This document shows, piece after piece, positions 1 through 12,600 of a stretch of DNA of 64,000 bases; position 1 is the first letter of the stretch, and every line of letters begins with the position of its first letter. The notes under the pieces were generated by a model. It saw only the letters and a list, made by a program, of their open reading frames with translations, had not been told where the DNA came from and ran no database searches. The stretch spans positions 186,001-250,000 of the forward strand of contig JAQGDQ010000173.1 of the NCBI GenBank assembly GCA_030141605.1. The letters are read 5' to 3'. The translations under genes and the position numbers were made by a program. This DNA comes from Tubiluchus corallicola (Eukaryota; Animalia; Priapulida).

Positions 1-26
1 CCAGATGCAGAAATGCTTTGGATATA
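1..26 (+). CDS. Possible 3' end of an upstream TET exon (xRCRNALDI)
   Basis: A GTGAG donor at 27 is phase-0 compatible with the acceptor before 689. The peptide resembles the tail of a CXXC finger, but only 26 nt are visible. Confidence 0.4.
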
Positions 27-122
27 GTGAGCAAGTGGATTTTGTCATCATCTTGATCTGATAATATAATGAAATGATGAAATAGTGTATAAAATGAACA
101 TGTAATGTATGTGTGTCTAATG

Positions 123-597
123 CAGGGGTGTGCAGATTGCGGCCCTCAGGCCACTTGCAGCCCGCCGAAGAGATTTGTCAACCTAATGAAAGTGCGGCCC
201 GGGCGATTAATTGAGTGTATCCAGCTGAAGTCCGTGCCACGATCCCAAAGATAGTGCGGGTAGTTTTTTTCTACTAGATCGGATGCCATTAACCCTTACA
301 AGACGGTTGTAGCTTAATGTCACTGTACTACACAGACTGTGTGATACACATTACTAATATGCATTGTAATGAAATTACCACTATCTCCCCTGAAAGTAGA
401 AATATATGGTTTGTAATACATTTAATAACTTCTAAAATAGTTTGAGTGCAGTAGTAATGATGTACGCAGGTCGGATGCAAAAAAAATCGTTATTAGGCCT
501 TTCTGTACTTGGCTGCTTGATCAAACTGCCTGTGGCCCGCAGGAATTGCGGGAAAGTTTAATGTGGCCCGGCTAGTCAGATAATTTGCACACCCCTG
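123..597. mobile_element. hAT-like MITE, family A, copy 1
   Basis: TIRs CAGGGGTGTGCA...TGCACACCCCTG with a perfect 8-bp TSD GTCTAATG. Confidence 0.9.
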
Positions 598-688
598 GTC
601 TAATGTGTACCCGTGCATATGTATGAATGCACAAAATTATCAATAACCATGCTGAAGTCAATAGTAAGATGCCAGTTTTTATTTTTAG

Positions 689-3600
689 GAGGAAAACGAT
701 GACACGGCAGATGAGGACCAAGTTGACTTAGAGGACACGACATCTGACAGTAGCCAGCTTCCTGTTAATATGCAGCATTATTATGCCGAAGCCAAGTTGC
801 ATGGTATTAAGTCCCATCGGAAAAATAGGGTTGATTATAAGGATCCGGATATGCCTTATCCACCCAATGTTGAGCTGCCACATCATCTGATGAATGGTGG
901 TTTGCACAAGTCTTTTGAAAATAAAGACCGTGGTAGTCGATTACCTTATAATGCTTCCACTCAGAGTCAAGTTAAAAATCTACAGAGACAAAGTGATTAC
1001 TTTGAAAGACCTAGCGAGTTTTATGGCCTCAACATGGATCATTTCAATAAATCGTCAGCTATTGAGCCTGTAGTGTCATCGCATCGAGGCTTTAATACCT
1101 TATCTAGTTGTCAATCATCAGCTTTACCAGACGCTTCACAAGTTTCCGAACTGTTACAACAACAACAGCAGCAGCAGCAGCAGCGACAACAACATGGCAG
1201 CAATTTAAGTTTATCTACAGTGCAAACATCGCCACTCTCTTCGTATTTTGTCCAAACTGGTCCAATTGATACAACTTCATTAAAATTTCGTTTTCGAAAG
1301 CAAGCTTCTCCCCCATTACACCAGGATGTCAGTCCCGCTTATCAGTCGTACAACACTGCCATTAATGTACCAAAGCAACAAGTTGGAAAGCGCATAGAGG
1401 AGAGGATACCAGTGTCCTCTAGCTGCTTGAATGTATCCTCGTTACCCAGTGTAAATCGTGACCAACATTCGTATCAGCAAGTACGTGGGACTTTATCTAA
1501 TAGTGATGTTTCAATGCTGAGAAATCGTGGTGATTACCATAGTTTGACTAATGTGCAGTCACGATGTGAAAGTGCCACAGACAGACTTATTAAGCCACAT
1601 AGTAAACCTTCCAGCATCTCAGTAAAAACGGAAACTGATAGTTTTGGAAATTTAGCTGATTATCAAAAGAACGATGCTGCAAAACCCGTGTGTGGCAATG
1701 TGAGTGAACTTCGCAAAGTGCGTGTGCCTAGTAAACCATCTTTGTTGTCACCACCGGCAACCAGTCTACAGTCATCTTCAAAGAATGCATTTTCAACACC
1801 TTCTGCAAATAGACAGCCAAGCAATTTATTTTCTAGTACTACTGCCAGTGATGCTTTTTCTGCCTTTACTGGTAATGCAAATACCTTATCAGCTGCTGTT
1901 TTAACATCTCAGTTGCAGCAAGCGTGGATTTTGCAAAACATGTTTTATCCGCAATTTCACGGGTTTCCAATGCCACTGAATTCCCTCTCGGCTGGATTAG
2001 GTTTGCCCTCTGGACCTCAAGATATAGTGGAAGCTGATATACCTGAAATAAATAAACGAAAAAGTTCCTGCAAGTTAAAAAGAACTAAAAACTTGCTTGT
2101 GCAGAACAGTGGCGATGACAGGCAAGGACATATAGGCCGATTGGACTCTCAGTTTAATAAAATGCACGAACAGTCACTGAAGCAGTTTAAGACTGTTCAA
2201 CGTAAGAAACCGCAGAGTCTTAAAAAGGCACTTGCCGAACGTAAGCAGGCTGAACAAGAGTTTTATCAACTTAAACGTGCTTTAGCTAATGAAATTAGCA
2301 AAAAGGACAATGGTCGCTTTGAGAAGACTTTTGGTTATTCCTTACCGGGTTGCAATTCTCACTTAGACATTACACAACGGACTGAACAGCCAGAGAGAAC
2401 TGTAGCTTTGCCTTCCGTCACAATGTCCAGTGAAGAAGATGTTGCATCTAAAGTCATGGATACTAGTTGTGGTGTCCATCTTAGTCAGCATTCTGATGCA
2501 AAGCGTCAGGAACTTCCCACAGAATTTCCGAATCGAACTCCAAAAAAAAGTGTTTTGAGTAGTGTTGATGCATCTATCGAAAATGTTGTGTTAGCAGCTC
2601 GATCACCACAAAGACAAACTGCCGTGAAGGCAGTTGTAGCACCGCAAGAACCTTCTGCTAGTCGGGGTGAGCGAGAAAATTTAGAATTGCGGGGTATGAG
2701 AGAGGTTACGGAAACTGGAATGGTATCTTCACATGCTTGTACACCTTACATGGAAGGAGGCATGTGTGAGAGGCCTGTGAGCAATAATCAATCTGTGAAT
2801 TTAACCGGGGTCAATCAAATGAATATAATCAGCGATAAAAAGCTGTCGGGCAAATGCAATACGTACTCCAATCCTGTTGCATTCAACGCTGAAAGGGAAG
2901 AACATTTGACTCCCACATATGACTTCTCGGATGGCAATTCTGATTTTTCTAAAACGTTTGCAGCAAGTGAGTTTGAAAAGCGGCTGGCTAATAAATTTGG
3001 CAACAAGCAATTAGCAAATGAAAATCTGTTAGCCGAGATGCAGAATTCATCGCGCATCAAAACTCGCGATTCTCTTTCCGATGCTATCCCGAAACAAAAT
3101 TTAGTAGACAGTTCTATGTATATTGGTGAACGAGCTTCTGTAGAAAGTCTAAAAGTGTGTGACAGTCAAGCTACTGCAAATTCTGATGTCACTTTCAGAA
3201 GTCCACCATCAGAGATGTCACATGCAGGCCTAAATAACAGCCAATTTACAATTTCAAATGCGTTGCCGAGTTTGTCAGAAGACTTATCTGCTGGATCAGG
3301 TCTTTCAGCGACCACATTGGCTTCTTCTGCCGCATTGAACACTTCATCATTCATCATGTCAGGTATTGCATCAACAACAACAGGTATTATGACGTACAGC
3401 ACATCGTGTATGCCACCAACAATGTCAAGCTCCACACTGTGCAGGACAACATATGATTCATTAGCAATACCAGACTCTTCAACATTGCGTATCCCACCAA
3501 CTGTGCTGAATTCATATAGCTCTACGAGTATCCCGCAAACAGTCACAGCTTCCTCGTCATTTGGAACAACATCTTTGTCGGGAACAAATCGTGGACGCTC

Positions 3601-6600
3601 CGTGTCCATCCTGTCTGATGGCTTCGAGGTTGACGTGAAGACTGAAATGCCCGAAAATAAAGCAGTGCTTTCTAGCGTTGTTGACTCGTACGAAAGGCTC
3701 AAGTTAAATCTGAAAGAGGAGGTTCCAGAGTGCAACTGCACTGGAGAAGGTCGGCGTAAGTTAAGGTTTTCATGCTCAAGTGTTAGAACGCTTTGAGCTT
3801 TGTGTTTGGCTTCCTCCATTTCAGTTGAGCACGGGCTTTTGTGTTAGTTTTAAAATTAGGAGTATTTGCTCTGGGCTTTCTCCATGTTGCATTCATACAT
3901 GTAGGAAGTTCTCTTTTTAATAGCCCAAATTTAAACCTGCACAACATACATGTAAAAAACTTGAGGGATTTTGTCAAACATCAACATGAAAACCAGAATG
4001 TCCCAAATATTAAGAATCAAAATTGCTAGAGCACGTAGCCAAGTAACATTAACAGTAAATTTTCCGAATGTCGGAATTAAAGTTAAAAATTTTTTGTTAT
4101 ATTATAACAGATGGAACCTGCTAAATGCAAATTCTGTTATCTGCCTGCTGTAATATGAATTTTTTCGTGCATTTCGTAAAATTTTGTAATAAATCTTCAT
4201 TGCCCTGGGTAAGCTAACCTTGCTAGTTATTTAAGACTCCACTAATGAGAAATTTAATTCCTTCTTCAAATTATTTAAATCGTATTCGACCACTTATTTC
4301 TCAAACTTCGCTGGAGTTTCTTCTTTTCCTACCAAACTACATTAACTAAAAGAAGCCCAGTATTCGATACTAAGCTGTGTGGGTTGAAAACCCAGAACTG
4401 AAATGGAGGAAACAAATTTTATGTGTCTCGTCATTCACTTTCACAACTATATAAAAATGTAGTAGTGAAAATATGAGCAACTTTCTTTAATGCTTTATAT
4501 TTTTGTACAGAAATGATGCCTAATTTTATCATATCTATTCTTTAAATTCTGATCTGTCCATTTTCATATTCTTCTTATGATACGTGAATGACAAGACAAT
4601 AGCTTGCATAGATATTTTTTATTACTTTATAATACAATTTTGCAAATGCTTATTACATTGCCGGGCATGGCACGGGCACACGCAATACGCAGTCTGCTGC
4701 GTTCTCACTTGCGCATTGCTACTGAACACTGATTTTTAGCTAACCGTTTTGCGTTACCTGCCACTGCTTTGTGTATGTTACCTGCTTCTGCTGCCTGCTT
4801 TACAATGTCTATCTGTATGTCAGATTGAGTGGTACGTGGAAACTTGCATTTATTTAATGATGTCATTCATTGGACGTGAGTAAAATCTTTTAATGCTTAA
4901 ACATTTTAGTACATCTAGGTGTAACTAAGCGATGTAACATGTTCACGTAACTTTTAACGCTTGTGAATATTTTCACACTGTTGATGCTAATGTATTATAG
5001 TACCCGAGTTTGGCCGAATACTAGCAAATTACACGTAAAAGAAACTGCTGCACGAGAAATTGGATATTAAACGAGTGTATTTGGTTTAGGTGCCTAGTTT
5101 GTTTGAATAAATTTCCTGGTTACGCTTCATTCCTAAAGTAGTATGTAAGAATAATTCTGTGCAAGTCACCATAAGAGGCAACTTATTAATACTTGTTCGG
5201 GTAGGCTTGTTAGTTCTTGAGAACCAAAAAGCAAAACTTGTGAGATATATATATATGTGTGTGTGTTTTTGTTTAATTTCACAGGAATTAATGAGGAGAA
5301 ATGCGAAGGACCATATTACACTCATCTGGGAGCTGCACCAAATGTTCCGGGGATCCGGAAGCTAGTGGAAGAACGGTATAATATCTACTGCCTATATTTT
5401 GGTTTTAGAATGGAGTGTACCTAGATTTAGGATGGAGGGTACCTAGATTTAGGATGGAATGTACCTAGATTTAGGATGGAGTGTACCTAGATTTAGGATG
5501 GAATGTACCTAGATTTAGGATGGAGTGTATCTAGATTTAGGATGGAGTGTACCTAGATTTAGAATGGAGTGTACCTAGATTTAGAATGGAGTGTACCTAG
5601 ATTTAGAATGGAGTGTACCTAGATTCAGAATGGAGTGTACCTAGATTTAGGATGGAGTGTACCTTGATTTAGAATGGAGTGTACCTAGATTTAGAATGGA
5701 GTGTACCTAGATTTAGGATGGAGGGTACCTAGATTTAGAATGGAGTGTACCTAGATTTAGAATGGAGTGTACCTAGATTTAGGACGGAGTGTACCTAGAT
5801 TTAGAACGGAGTGTACCTAAATTGAGGACGGAGTGTACCTAGATTTAGAATGGAGTGTACCTAGATTTAGGACGGAGTGTACCTAGATTTAGGACGGAGT
5901 GTACCTAGATTTAGGATGGAGGGTACCTAGATTTAGGACAGAGTGTACCTAGCGTGTTAAACTCCTATAAGTTGAGAATTCCTTTATCAATCAATCAATC
6001 AATTTATTTCACTCCAGCAATACATATACAATACATCAACATACAATATTATTGAAACAAAAAAGACAGTATAGGTAAAAAAAACGTTAATGAAGTCAAA
6101 TTAACCAAAATAAAAGAGTTGCTGTATGACACCTTGAAAGCTTGGCTTGTTAAGGTAGCACAAATGAGTGAATGAAAGAATGGTTAGGGTTAGTAGACAT
6201 GATGGAATGGAAAAATAGTAAGATTAGGGATAGGAAGAAGGAAGGGAAGGGAGGATGGGTGAATGAAAGAACGGTTAGGGTTAGTAGACATAATGGAATT
6301 AAAAAAATAGTAAGATTAGGGATAGGAAGAAGGAAGGGAGGGCAGGATGAGTGAATGAAAGAATGGTTAGGGTTAGTTGACATGATGGAATGGAAAAATA
6401 GTAAGATTAGGGATAGGAAGAAGGAAGGGAGGGGAGAATGAGTGAATGAAAGAACGATTAGGGTTAGTAGACATAATGGAATTAAAAAAATAGTAAGATT
6501 AGGGATAGGAAGAAGGAAGGGAGGGGAGGATGAGTGAATGAAAGAATGGCTTGTTACGGTAGCACAAATGAGTGAATGAAAGAATGGTTAGGGTTAGTAG

Positions 6601-9600
6601 ACATGATGAAATGGAAAAAATAGTAAGATTAGGGATAGGAAGAAGGAAAAGAGGAGAAGAAACGACCACGTTTCTTTATGCTGGCAAAAAGAAAAATACA
6701 GTAACTTTCTAACTCTTGTAACTAGCATCTATGCCAAATATAATTTAGAACAGTCCATTCTTATTTATGTACATTCCTTGTACAAATAGTTGCCCATATT
6801 AAATACGATTAGGAAATAACTAACAATTTTGGAGGTTTAAAAGGCTTTTGTCACATCCAGAAGTGAATTTTATAGAAACAGTGTTAATAAAGTGATTTTT
6901 GGTTGTAAGTTCATTTAGCATCTTACCTAGATGTATCATAGTTGGTGGCAATATTATAGTCAGGATATTGGATTTAAGCCACTTTGGCGACTTTGTATTG
7001 TGTGCCCCTACAGCATCATTTTTGAAGGTTTCTTTCAAAACAGTTATAAAAACACTCAATTATTCATTTCATTGTAAAAATAAGACAACTGTGAAAGAAA
7101 GATGTTAGTTTTTTAAAGTTCTTGAGTAATTTATGTCAGAATGTGTATTACTGTGTTGGTTTTTCCTGTTCCCACTGTGGATGTTTTTACTGTAGGACGG
7201 GAGTAACAGGAAGTGCCATACGAATTGAGAAATTATGTTACACCGGGAAAGAAGGTGCCACCACTGAGGGTTGTCCCATTGCTAAATGGGTAAGAGAACT
7301 GTTGCTCTTTTGTGCATACTGTCGGGTCCTCCAGTTTGGAGGGAATATCATTCAACATTTGCCAGCCACTTTTTTGGTTTTAATTATGTTTGTGTGCTCG
7401 TAATGTTGCAACAATAAATAAACAAACTTGATGTATGTAAACCATGTCAGGCCGGCTATCTATCCAGATTCTAGATTATCAAGTGTTTTGATGACATCTT
7501 ACTACAAAAGATAACAAATGTGTCAAAATGGGAGATTATATACTGATTATCAAAGAGAGTCTCATTGACAACAAGAAGGGTGACTTCATTAGATGTCTTA
7601 CTTTTGACCATTCAAAATAATTTCTGTAGATTCTTAAAAAAACTACACACGCACACACACACACACATAATATATATATATAAAATATAACTACATATAT
7701 ATCAATTACAGTAGTTGTCGCTTAATAGACTCACGGTTAATAGACTCAGTCGCTTGACTCACAAATGCCTGGAACCTGCCGCTTCTATTCAAATATTCAT
7801 AAAAACTATCGGTAATTGACTCAAATAACTTCGCTTAATTGACTCAACATTTTTCCTTCACCTACTTAAGATAAGATATTTGTATGTGCCCAAAGAACCT
7901 TTCCTACTTTTATGTCATCTTCACTTTCTTTTTATAGTGCAGTGCATAGTAAGGTGATGACTCATACTTCTATAGCAGTAATACAACACCCATTGCTTAA
8001 TAAGTTCAATCTGTTAATTGGGTCAAAACACGTCGGTCCCTAAGTGAGTCTATTAAGCTTCGACTACTGTATGTATTACAGACAGTGTGAGATGGTAGTG
8101 ATAGGTATAGTAATTGTTTCATTTAGTTTAATTTTTATTGTTAATGAAATGATCACAATTTTTCAATATTTTCTGAATTGAGCAATTTTTCAAGGTTAAT
8201 TGTATTGTCTGTATAGATTTTGCGTCGCGTGTCTTACGATGAGAAGTACTTGGTGTGCGTTCGACAGCGTCCTCACCACCACTGTGACACTGCGGTGCTG
8301 ATAATTGCTTTTGTTTGCTGGGAGGGAGTGCCACGCGAAGAAGCCGACACACTCTATGCAGAGGTTTCCAAAATCGTGGTCACGCAAGGCATTCCTACGG
8401 TGCGTCGGTGCGGGTTGAACGAAATGTAAGTCTTCTTATCTTTGAAATCTGAAAAATTTACGCGAGGTCGAAGTCGCCACTTCTTGATTTTTTATTCATC
8501 CAGTATAGTTTTTTAGTCATATCAGTGGTTTCGTTTGCTCAAGTTCAGCGTTAAAGTTTATAGGATATGCAGATTTTATGTATTTTGCAATTTTTTGCGA
8601 AATTCTGGTTGTGTCACACGGTAAATTTTGTATGACACTTTTCTCATTGTTACTTATGCTGTGTCTTATTGTAGCAGACTTAGCTTTTTTTTGTTAATCT
8701 TACTTACAAATTCGTGCACGAGGCGCCATCTGTGTCGGGAATGTAAAGCTTTTGGTTTTGGTCAGTTTTTCAGTTTGTTACCTGCTAGTCACCTGTCTGT
8801 TTTACTCACCTGTGCTCTGAACAGTCAGGTTAATCCACTTTATGGGATATGTGGGACATTTATGTACTGATTATGTGACAATAAAGCATTCAGTGCTATA
8901 TTAACCTCTGTTGACAGTGTTTCTGTAACTACACTTATTACTTCACTACATCATGAACAAGGATCTATCCTAGATGCTTTGACCCATGGAATGTTCCAGA
9001 AAATAGACGGCACTTGCGAAATTTTTCATTGGTTCCACAACTTACAAAGACAACGCATGACTGGACGGACCGTCTAATCAGGGGTGTGCAAATTATCTGA
9101 CTAGCCGGGCCACATTAAACATTCCCGCAATTCCTGTGGGGGCCGCATGCAGTTTGGTCAAGGAGCCAAGTACAGTAGGACGTAATAACGATTTTTCTGC
9201 ATCCGATTTGTGCACATCATTACTACTGCACTACTACACTCAAGAAACTATTTTAGAAGTTATTAAAATTTATATTTAAAACCAAATATTTCGTCGTGTC
9301 CGACAGTGACATTAAGGGACAACGGTCTTATAAGAGTTAATGCCATCCGATCTAGAGGAAAAAAACTACCCGCACTATCTTTGCGATATTGGCGCAGACT
9401 TCAGCTGGATCGTGTGGGCCGCACTTTCATTACGTTGACAAACCTCTTCGTGGGCCGCACAAGATCTCTCGGCGGGCCGCAGTTTGCACACCCCTGACTT
9501 AGACCCCGTTCTTCGAATGTGTCCAAAAATTAATTGTATTCCAACTCATTAGTTCTATAGGCACACCGAAGTTTACGTAATTTTTAATAAAGTGAAAGTG

Positions 9601-12600
9601 CTAACGTTTAGAAATTGTTAAATTGCGGTGGAAAGCCTGAACCTCATTTTAAAAGACATTATGGAAATTTTTATTAACCCACACATGATTAGATTTTTCA
9701 TCTCATTAGCTCACATTCTGTAGAACACTTATAATCATCTCATAAGTAACATCTAAGCAATACTGTTCTATTATTTAGGAAAACTTGTGCATGTCAAGGT
9801 ACGGATCCGGATACATGCGGTGCTTCATTTAGTTTTGGCTGTTCGTGGAGTATGTACTACAATGGTTGCAAGTTTGCCCGTAGCAGAAGTCCGCGCAAGT
9901 TTAGAATGATGCATGCTACACATGTATGTAAAAAGTTGCATATAATAGAGAATTTATATCAGCTACTAAACTGTGTCTGTTAAACATGTAATACTTGTCA
10001 AATACATTAGGAGTCAGCTTGGCTTGACTATTTCACAGATGGAATGAGAAAACCTAGCTCGTCCTATTAAAGTTGAGTATGCCTTTTGCTGTGCTACACA
10101 CGTGCATTCTTCTATGCAAATGTTGTTTTCGTAGGAACATGTTTACAACTGTGGTTTTGCTGTGTAATGAATTATTGGACAAATTAACTCTCTAGTGTAA
10201 ATTTAATTAGTGAGGCAGTGTCGAGGTAAAACTTGCATACGTATTTTTTAGGAAACAGATATTGAACATAAGCTTCAGGCTCTTGCTACCCATCTAGCAC
10301 CACTTTACAAACAACTTGTGCCGACTGGATATGCAAATCAGGTATGGGCTTCTTGTTCATTTTTTCATGGCAGGAGTGATAAGGCGTCTGCAGTTTTTAT
10401 CTTCATAGAAGCTTTTTCTCACACAATTCAATGATTAAATGAAGTCAGATTGTATATTACTTGAGTTATGGTTTAAAAAATGTTAAATGTACAGTCAACC
10501 CTCGTTAAACCGGACTAATTGGGGTGGGTGGGTGGTCCGATTTAGCCGATTGTCCGATTTATCCAATATGCCTATATATGGTCTATATTATACACGAATA
10601 ATCACCTTAATAAGGCCTATATACATTGCACTATATACTATACTGTATATTACTTTAAAATAGTTAACCTGTGAGGATAAAGAAATTATTGTACAGTTGG
10701 TAGGCCGTGTTGTGTTTAGCGCTCCGGCTCGGACGGAAATCGGTCAGTTTCCTTTACCACGGATGATGTCCGTCTTATCCTATATCCGGGCTAACGGGGT
10801 CCGGTTTAACGAGGGTCGACTGTATCAAGTTGTTTAATAATCGTTACGTAGTCTGTATTTAACAGTCAAATTTGGTCACTTGGGTTCCTCTTTTTTAGCT
10901 TTCATATTACGTTTATCAAATACTTATGGGCAACTGGCATGCTAAGCAATTGTCAACTGAAGTGTAAAATAATTTTATCTCATTTCAATTCAATTCAATT
11001 TATTTATCTCTTTATAGTGTTACAATAAAACATGATTAATAAAAGAATGTCTAATAAGTTTTGAAGAATGGTTAAAATGTATAGATAGATCTAGAACTAG
11101 AGAAAGGATAGCGAAAAGACTATAAAGACACCTAGTCTGCTATCCTTTACCGAATATAGATAAAAAGATTTTTTAGACACTGGTGGGCATTAATGTTATC
11201 GGTTTAATTTACGAAACATTAGTAATTTTTAAAATTATGACATTTTCTATGTAATCCAGAGAAAAGAATATACATGTAATTTAATTAGCGGGCAACAAAA
11301 TAAGGTCAATCTTGATTAAACTAAAAATTGCATTTAGATTTTATGTGAAATACAGGTCAAAATTGTTATGAAATGATAAAAACACTTTGGGTTAATAATG
11401 CTATTAATCATCAACAACATATCTAATTATTTGTCTCATGAAACATTAAAAAGTGATTGTAAAATAATGAGTTGTGGCATGTTAATTAGATAAATTTGAT
11501 TTTGCAACATCCTTGTTGTATTAACAAAGAATGCTTTTGTTAACAGACAGCTTTTGAGGATCAAGGCATGGAATGCCGTTTAGGTGACCAGCCGGGTCGA
11601 CCGTTTTCGGGTGTTACTGCCGTAGTAGATTTTTGTGCGCACAGCCACAAGGACCTGCATAATATGAACAATGGTGTCACTGTGGTAGGTATCAAATACC
11701 ATGACTGAAATTATTTTTGGCAGTGCTGATGTTGAAAATTCACAGTCGCAAATTCAGATGAATTGAATTGATTCTCGTGTTGTTGCCTTTGTATTTATCT
11801 TTGCCCTTTTTTTGTAGGTTGTCACATTAACAAAGCACAGAGACTTGAAAAAACCAGACGATGAACAGCTTCATGTGCTGCCCTTGTACGTACTTGATAC
11901 AACTGACGAATATGGATCGTATGAGGGGCAGCAAGAAAAGATCAGAACCGGTGCAATTGAGGTTTTGCAAGCGTTCAAAAAAATCGTCCGCACTCGTTCT
12001 CAGCGCGTTGCGCCTTGCAGACGAGTCAATTCCAAAAATTCATGCAAAGTGCCAGGATTTACTAGAAATTCTTTTAAATTTGCTGAATCCAGAACCACTG
12101 CACCGGTAGTAAATAAAAACGAAAAGAATGCATTACAAGAATGCAGCAGTCCGCAAGAATATTTTTTTAATCAGTTAAAGCAGAATCCAAACTTTCTTGA
12201 GGAACAACTGCTTATGTATATTCAAACCAAAAATGCAGGTAGTCATCATGCAAGTGGTAAATCACCTGTAAAACCAAATTCATTGTCAGAAGTGGACAGA
12301 TTTCCAAAAAGTCCCAGTTTAGACAGATATAATAGTGAACCATTGCTAGAAAAAGAATATCCTGCCTCTGCACCGAATAATCAGAATGTACTGGACAAAC
12401 GGTTGAACTCCACAAATCAACAATATAACCAAAACTTTGAAGTAGACTGTAGTGGGAGAAGCAGTACGCTAGGTGATGATGATTGGTTAGGAGCTGCTGT
12501 ATCTAAACTTCCAGAAAAAAGTGCTAGCAATCATTGCAATGTGCCCATCATTAACAATGTTAATAAAATTGTACACAATGATATAAGTCAGAGGGAATAC

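Noticed and set aside
3166-3819. 217-aa antisense ORF, and other antisense or alternative-frame ORFs over the TET exons
   Set aside because: These are shadows of the Ser/Thr-rich TET coding strand and have no recognisable motifs.
5404-5952. CRISPR-like short repeats
   Set aside because: It is a pure 22-bp tandem array without spacers.
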